DNA of 32,000 nt. It comes from an uncultured Alphaproteobacteria bacterium (GTDB lineage Bacteria; Pseudomonadota; Alphaproteobacteria; Rs-D84; CACZYB01). Positions 26,844 to 32,000 of the stretch are shown piece by piece. The notes beneath the pieces were generated by a model. It was not told the origin of the DNA, made no database searches, and was given only the letters and a program-made list of their open reading frames with translations. The DNA lies in NCBI GenBank assembly GCA_934246625.1, contig CAKQHZ010000001.1, forward strand, positions 240,001 to 272,000, in the 5' to 3' direction. The position numbers and the translations under genes were made by a program. Position 1 is the first letter of the stretch, and the number at the start of each line of letters is the position of its first letter.

Positions 26844-27775
26844 TTTTTAGCTCCTTTCAAATCTTTGAAATAGATAGTTTTTCCACTACGCCAATCTTTG
26901 ATTTTGCAAAGTATTGGTGTCGAAAGTTGTATATCTGTATTAAATAAATCTGGTTGAAAATAATCTTCTTCTGTTGTTGCAAATGGTACAGTATCGTTTA
27001 AACCATCCATCTGCCATATATTCCATGAAATAATATTTGCAATTTGCTCAATCTGTATAAGACTTGGTTCTTTATGATATTTATTCTGATAGTAATCAAT
27101 AAAAGTCCAAAGCAAATTTTCCCTTGCCAATAATAAATTATCGCCTTGGTATTCATAACCATAGGTACTTTCAAATGCTCGCTTAACCCAATTAAACCAA
27201 TCTGTATCATTATTTGTGTTTTCGTTAACGACACGAAGTTTTCTATCTAAAATACCTATACGTTTTATGATTGGTAAGATTTCACCAGTTGTGGTATCAT
27301 ATCTTGAAACTAAATATGGTGCCTCACCACAAGTAATTTCAAGTCTTCTTGAATCGACATAACTTTTCCAATCCTTGTCGTTAAAATCTATAAATCTTTC
27401 ATTTGGTATCCAATCTTGATTTTGTTGGATATTGAATACATTTTTGTAACCAAACCATTCTTCATCACAAAGATTATTCATTTCATTACAAATCCAAGAT
27501 GGAGTGAAAACTTCTGCTGATTTATGGGTACGATTTTTTTGTTCTTCTTTGTTTTTGGCAATTCTTGGCTGAATAATAGAGGTATTCTTATCAATAATTA
27601 ATTCAGGTAAGATTTCTTTTTCTTTTGAATAATCATCACCATATTTTAGATATTCATCGCATGCCCAATGGATATATCTCCCTGTTGTCTTATCCCTTAG
27701 TAATATCTTTAAAAGATAAGGACTTAAGACATGTATATATTGCTCAAGAATATCTATGTTACTTTCAATAACCAT
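26840..27775 (-). CDS. N6-adenine DNA methyltransferase, N-terminal half
   Basis: Track ORF of 311 aa. It has AEVFTPSWICNEMNNL (motif X-like) and LEITCGEAPYLVSRYD (motif I region), and ends ...DLKGAKK directly before the NPPY ORF. Confidence 0.7.
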   Translation of the reverse strand: MVIESNIDILEQYIHVLSPYLLKILLRDKTTGRYIHWACDEYLKYGDDYSKEKEILPELIIDKNTSIIQPRIAKNKEEQKNRTHKSAEVFTPSWICNEMNNLCDEEWFGYKNVFNIQQNQDWIPNERFIDFNDKDWKSYVDSRRLEITCGEAPYLVSRYDTTTGEILPIIKRIGILDRKLRVVNENTNNDTDWFNWVKRAFESTYGYEYQGDNLLLARENLLWTFIDYYQNKYHKEPSLIQIEQIANIISWNIWQMDGLNDTVPFATTEEDYFQPDLFNTDIQLSTPILCKIKDWRSGKTIYFKDLKGAKK

Positions 27776-27818
27776 CTTTTTAGATGCGGAAAATAATATC
27801 CACCCATATTAATTTTCA

Positions 27819-27846
27819 TTGATTATTGAGAATTTTTTGCTAAAAT
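27819..27846 (+). promoter_or_regulatory. Candidate promoter TTGATT-N16-TAAAAT between the short inverted repeats ACCCATAT/ATATGGGT
   Basis: ttgatt is at 27819-27824 and taaaat at 27841-27846. The inverted repeats are at 27802-27809 and 27880-27887. The promoter points away from the methylase operon in the present orientation. Confidence 0.35.
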
Positions 27847-27891
27847 ATTGAGAGAATTTTATTAATAGAACAGTAAAATATATGGGTCATT

Positions 27892-28500
27892 TTATATATG
27901 CTTTTGTAAATGATTTTTTATATATTTATTGAGTGTTGGTTTAGTAATTTTTAGTTTTTTTGCAACAATATATTTGGGTAATCCTAATCTTAAAAGACTA
28001 ATGATTTTATCTTTTTTCTCTTCAAGTTTATTGTGCTTATTTTTACTTCCCTTCGGTCTTCCAATTGTGGAACCTTCTAAAAGTCTGCGTTTCAATCCCT
28101 CTATAGTCCTTTGACTTATCAAATCTCTTTCCATCTCTGCAAATGCACTTAAGATTGCTATCATCATCTTTCCCATAGGGGTGTTATCAATCGACATTCC
28201 TTGCTTTACAAGATAACAATTCACACCTTTTTTCACAAGCAACTGACAAGTATTTATAACATCACTTGTTGATCTTCCAAGTCTAGATAGTTCTGATGTT
28301 ATAAGCACGTCTCCTTTATCCAATATTTTTAGTAAGGTTCCCAGTTTACGTTTCTTTGCAAGAATTGTGCCACTGACACCTTCATCAATATATTCTTTAT
28401 CTATTTTCCAATTCATTCTGTTTACAAAATCTATTACTCCAAGTTTTTGACTTTCATAGTTTTGCAATTCTGTAGATACTCTGTAATATGCATATATCAA
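27892..28500 (-). CDS. Small serine recombinase (resolvase/invertase family)
   Basis: Track ORF of 202 aa. It has MIYAYYRVSTELQNYESQ, ELSRLGRS and a C-terminal HTH (KYIVAKKLKITKPTLNKYI). Confidence 0.9.
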   Translation of the reverse strand: MIYAYYRVSTELQNYESQKLGVIDFVNRMNWKIDKEYIDEGVSGTILAKKRKLGTLLKILDKGDVLITSELSRLGRSTSDVINTCQLLVKKGVNCYLVKQGMSIDNTPMGKMMIAILSAFAEMERDLISQRTIEGLKRRLLEGSTIGRPKGSKNKHNKLEEKKDKIISLLRLGLPKYIVAKKLKITKPTLNKYIKNHLQKHI

Positions 28501-28832
28501 TTATCTTTCTCCTGTTCCATTTCTAAAAGTTCTTGGATTTCTTTAAAGTTTTCAATATCCTTTATTTTTTCTTCCTCATCAATAAACTGTAAAATAAGAC
28601 AAATAGCCCTTACATCTCCATTTAATCCCTTTTGTATAAGTGATATACATAATTTCTCTTTAAAACTAATTCCATCAGGTGATTTATTTTCCAATAAGTC
28701 ATTTAATATTTTCTTAAATTTTCGTTTTTCTCTTCTTACTTTACCGCTGGCAATACCACCTTTTTGAGCAATTTTTCTTTGTTCTTCCGTGGTTCGTTTA
28801 TTTATTGGTATTAAGTTTTTATTATTTGACAA
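28497..28832 (-). CDS. Small basic protein (KGG-type motif), function unknown
   Basis: Track ORF of 111 aa. It contains RTTEEQRKIAQKGGIASGKVRREKRKFK and overlaps the recombinase start by 4 nt. Confidence 0.5.
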   Translation of the reverse strand: MSNNKNLIPINKRTTEEQRKIAQKGGIASGKVRREKRKFKKILNDLLENKSPDGISFKEKLCISLIQKGLNGDVRAICLILQFIDEEEKIKDIENFKEIQELLEMEQEKDN

Positions 28833-29000
28833 TTTTAATATCCTTTATTAAATCCTACATGGTATATTATATGTTTCCCAAAATTTAATACTTTGGTATG
28901 AATAAAAAGTATAAGATAAATATCAATTTTTGAACTTATCAAACATATATAAATTAAATGAAGTTTTAAAATTTGATACATACAATAGTAAAAAATGATA

Positions 29001-29393
29001 CTATCTTGCATTTTTATATTCTTTCCATTCATTAGTTGGCGGATTATTATTATAATTTAGAAATGTAAGAATATAAGTAGTGGCCATTTTATATGTAAAC
29101 ATACCCTTTTTATTAACCTTTATAAAACCTTTATCTATTAGTTCATGCGATGCTTTACTAAAAGTATTCTTTGATAAATTACATAACTTAGCACCTTCTG
29201 CAATCCCTACTCCAATTTCTCCATTATTCATCCCATTATATCTGCGAATAAATAATAGCAAAACAGTTTTTGCAGATGATGATAACCTTATATAATTAAT
29301 ATTATCAAACATTTGATGTGTGATTTTTATAAATCTCTCTTTATTTTTTCTTCCCATTGTTTTTTCAAATTTATTAACTTTGCGTTTAATCAT
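29001..29393 (-). CDS. Winged-HTH-like island regulatory or replication-type protein
   Basis: Track ORF of 130 aa. The HTH-like pattern is SSAKTVLLLFIRRYNG...GAKLCNLSKNTFSKASHELIDKGFIKV. Confidence 0.45.
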   Translation of the reverse strand: MIKRKVNKFEKTMGRKNKERFIKITHQMFDNINYIRLSSSAKTVLLLFIRRYNGMNNGEIGVGIAEGAKLCNLSKNTFSKASHELIDKGFIKVNKKGMFTYKMATTYILTFLNYNNNPPTNEWKEYKNAR

Positions 29394-29601
29394 AATAAAC
29401 CTCCGTATTTATAGTTTTACTTTTCAACCATTCATAGAATTTGTCTTCCGGATAAAGAATAATTTTACCAAGTTTTATATATGGTAAATCTTCCCATCCT
29501 TTTGCTTTGATACAGCGGTGATGATTAAGGGTTGATAATTTTATGCCTAATATTGTGGCTACTTCTTTTTGAGTTAGATATTGTGTTTTCATATCAATCA
29601 T
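29386..29601 (-). CDS. AlpA/excisionase-family HTH protein
   Basis: Track ORF of 71 aa. LTQKEVATILGIKLSTLNHH...LPYIKLGKIILYPEDKFYEWL is the MerR-like excisionase pattern. Confidence 0.7.
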   Translation of the reverse strand: MIDMKTQYLTQKEVATILGIKLSTLNHHRCIKAKGWEDLPYIKLGKIILYPEDKFYEWLKSKTINTEVYYD

Positions 29602-29684
29602 ATTTTATCTCCTCTTTTTTTTATTAATATTAAGGAATTATCTCATTCCTTTGTTTATAAGAGGTAATATAGATTGATATTTTT

Positions 29685-29714
29685 AAAAAGAAATCCCAAA
29701 AGGCGCTTTTGGGG
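29685..29714 (-). terminator. Rho-independent terminator after the 229-aa ORF
   Basis: CCCAAAAG-gcg-CTTTTGGG lies at 29695-29713. On the minus strand it is followed by atttcttttt, directly after the stop at 29719. Confidence 0.55.
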
Positions 29715-29718
29715 TCAA

Positions 29719-30408
29719 TTATTTTTTTATAAGTTTACTATAATATTTTTCTGCGGTCTTATCACAAACATCTTCTTTTTCCATAATATAGTTTATTTTA
29801 CTCATATACTTAGTACAATATTTCGGAAAATATGCATCTGGATTTGCTAAGTATGTTTTCTTGAATTTTCTAAATTTATTAACTCCCTTTTTTGCTCCAT
29901 TATTTCTATTATGCTTAGTAATAATTGGCTTTGTATCTTCTTTGATGACACTTCTAAATCCTGTATATATTAAAATACTTTCTAATTTAGCCAATAATAT
30001 TATATAATTATAAGCCTCTGAGTTAGTGTAAATTTCTTTTTCAATATCGTAATTATTTTCAATTTCAAAACTTGCTATTATAAAAATTGAAATTATAACA
30101 GTTTCAAAAGTTCCTAATAAAGATACGCCTATTATTTTTTCATATTTTTGCTCAAAATCTTCTCTAATACTTACATGAGAATAACGAGATTCTACACTAA
30201 AATATTCAATTAAATTAAATATATTTTCATATTCTTTACTAATATCTTTAATAATCGTAATTATCTTATTTATGTAATCATCATCAAATGAAGATGTTAC
30301 AAATAAAATTCTATCTATATCTTTACTTAAATAAGAATAAATTTGAGATTGTTTTAAATGACATCTTTCTTTTAAATATTTTGAATAAAGTGATTCGTCA
30401 ATTAACAT
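29719..30408 (-). CDS. Hypothetical protein
   Basis: Track ORF of 229 aa with no motif recognised. It is the first gene inside attR. Confidence 0.45.
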   Translation of the reverse strand: MLIDESLYSKYLKERCHLKQSQIYSYLSKDIDRILFVTSSFDDDYINKIITIIKDISKEYENIFNLIEYFSVESRYSHVSIREDFEQKYEKIIGVSLLGTFETVIISIFIIASFEIENNYDIEKEIYTNSEAYNYIILLAKLESILIYTGFRSVIKEDTKPIITKHNRNNGAKKGVNKFRKFKKTYLANPDAYFPKYCTKYMSKINYIMEKEDVCDKTAEKYYSKLIKK

Positions 30409-30526
30409 AATATACCCTTCTATTTTAAAATAGATACAGCTACTATTCTACTTCTTATATCCAGCTCTATTTTAAATATAATTCCACAATAATCAAATCT
30501 TTTTCCCCTGCAAATTTCTGCAAAAA

Positions 30527-30546
30527 TTCGGCAATGATTCGGCAAT
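30527..30546 (+). promoter_or_regulatory. Candidate integrase arm-type binding sites (right arm)
   Basis: TTCGGCAAT occurs at 30527-30535 and 30538-30546, in the same orientation as the three copies near attL. Confidence 0.45.
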
Positions 30547-30615
30547 GGAAATTTTGCACGCAAAACTCATCGTTCTTACTAACTTCATAACTCATTGATT
30601 TTTGGATGGTTTTAG

Positions 30616-30691
<76 letters not shown>

Positions 30692-30745
30692 AATCAAGAT
30701 AGCTATAATAATAACAATATTTTTTCAAAAATCAAGAAAAATTTA

Positions 30746-32000
30746 TTATTTTTTATCAATCAGCATTTCATATAGGTCAAATGATGGATAGCCATCTGGA
30801 ATTATTGGGTTTCCAGATTTATATGTTGTAATTTCTTCGCCCGTTGGTGAAACATCTTTATCCCCATCTAAAAGCATATTTTGATACTTTTTTATCGCCT
30901 TCATTGTCAACTTACCATACAAACCTGAAATCTTTGCATTATAAATGTCAAGTTTTGCAAGTTTTTCCTGTATTTCCTTTATTTGATTTGTGCTCATGGG
31001 CTTTATTTTATCCCAATTTGCAGGACGATCAAATAATGGTGTAGAGTTTGATACTATTGCATCTGAAAGAAGCCCGATTGATAAAGCATAATTAGTTGAA
31101 AAATTCCAACGCATAATATATTTAAAATTGTTATACACAAGAAAAACTGGACCATTCACACCATCAGGAGCAATCAAAGATGCACTTATATCTGAAGAAG
31201 GAAGTGGTGAACCATCATATTTTTTTACTCCAAGAGATTTGAAAAAATTAACATCTTTCCACTCATTAGAATTTACATATTGCCAAACATTTTTATCCTT
31301 TTTATCAACAAGAACAGGTCTTCCCCATTTATATTTTCCATTCCAACCCATTTTTGATAAATAGTTGGCAGCTGAATTTACTGCGTCTTCAAGATTATTG
31401 ATTAAATCGATTTTTCCATCACCATTTCCATCAACGGCATAAGCCATAAAGGTTGATGGCATAAATTGGAAATTGCCAAAGGCTCCTGCCCATGAACCTT
31501 TCAATGATTTTATACTTATATGACCAGCATTTACGATTTGCAAAGCCTTTATAAGTTCTGAGGTAAAGAAATCTGAACGTCGAGGGTCAAATGCCAAAGT
31601 TGTAAGGGCTGGAATTATTGAATGATTACCCATATATTTCCCATAATTGGTTTCCATTCCCCAAAATGCAATCAAAATTTGTGGTTGGACATTATATTTT
31701 TCAGCAACAGAATAAAATAACTTTGCATTTTGTTTGAGCTTTATTTTTCCATTTGCTACACGTTCAGGCTTTAATGCAGAATCGTAATAGTTCCAAAACG
31801 TTTTCATAAATTCAGGTTGTTTTCTGTCGTAATTGATAATTTTTGGTTCGTATTTAATATCACGAAAAGCCTCATCAACAATGGATTGCTTTATTTTATA
31901 TTTTTTTACGGCTGTTTTTTTGAAATCTTCCACCCATTCTTTAAATTCCTTATCATCAAAGGTTTCGACATCTTCTGTGGCAGTTGCCAAAGCATTTATT
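30746..32000 (-). CDS. Lytic murein transglycosylase (MltB/SLT_2 type) with a C-terminal peptidoglycan-binding domain; N-terminus beyond the window
   Basis: The track ORF frame stays open to the window edge (...INALATATEDV...). Motifs: AFWGMETNYGKYMG (catalytic Glu), GAFGNFQFMPSTF, DGNGDGKIDL, and IKEIQEKLAKLDIYNAKISGLYGKLTMKAIKKYQ (PG_binding_1-like). Confidence 0.85.
   Translation of the reverse strand, partial: INALATATEDVETFDDKEFKEWVEDFKKTAVKKYKIKQSIVDEAFRDIKYEPKIINYDRKQPEFMKTFWNYYDSALKPERVANGKIKLKQNAKLFYSVAEKYNVQPQILIAFWGMETNYGKYMGNHSIIPALTTLAFDPRRSDFFTSELIKALQIVNAGHISIKSLKGSWAGAFGNFQFMPSTFMAYAVDGNGDGKIDLINNLEDAVNSAANYLSKMGWNGKYKWGRPVLVDKKDKNVWQYVNSNEWKDVNFFKSLGVKKYDGSPLPSSDISASLIAPDGVNGPVFLVYNNFKYIMRWNFSTNYALSIGLLSDAIVSNSTPLFDRPANWDKIKPMSTNQIKEIQEKLAKLDIYNAKISGLYGKLTMKAIKKYQNMLLDGDKDVSPTGEEITTYKSGNPIIPDGYPSFDLYEMLIDKK

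Noticed and set aside
28835-29032. 65-aa track ORF
   Set aside because: It has a low-complexity hydrophobic translation, no Shine-Dalgarno and overlaps the 3' end of 29001-29393. It is more likely non-coding spacer.

Overview
This is an AT-rich bacterial chromosomal segment. Two housekeeping anchors sit at the edges: a partial ABC-F ATPase gene (1-460, minus) and tRNA-Thr(UGU) plus a lytic murein transglycosylase (30616-32000, minus). Almost everything between them looks accessory, in two parts.

(1) 13387-30663 is a genomic island of about 17 kb integrated into the 3' half of tRNA-Thr.
- It is bounded by a perfect 54-bp direct repeat, with repeated TTCGGCAAT motifs just inside both ends.
- It carries a P4-type tyrosine integrase, RhuM, an AlpA-like excisionase and a small serine recombinase.
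- Its cargo looks like defence genes. One co-directional train encodes a split N6-adenine methyltransferase, a small membrane protein, a 1100-aa GIY-YIG/T5orf172-SF2 helicase with a methylase-like tail, and a UG/Abi-type reverse transcriptase.
- A separate two-gene operon (488 aa + 417 aa) and a 115 aa + 201 aa pair have no family I can recognise.

(2) About 470-13386 looks like an older, decaying accessory region next to the displaced tRNA fragment.
- It holds a truncated integrase, an hsdR'-'hsdS fusion scar, an apparently intact Hachiman pair (DUF1837 HamA + helicase HamB) and a second small serine recombinase.
- That recombinase sits beside an inverted-repeat-flanked consensus promoter, next to a surface or secreted protein operon.
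- It also contains a block of pseudogenes and a CRISPR-like mini-array (36-nt repeats, 30-nt spacers) beside a frameshifted ORF of about 467 aa with two Rx4H (HEPN) motifs.

All functional calls rest on motifs read by eye from the translations. No database search was possible.
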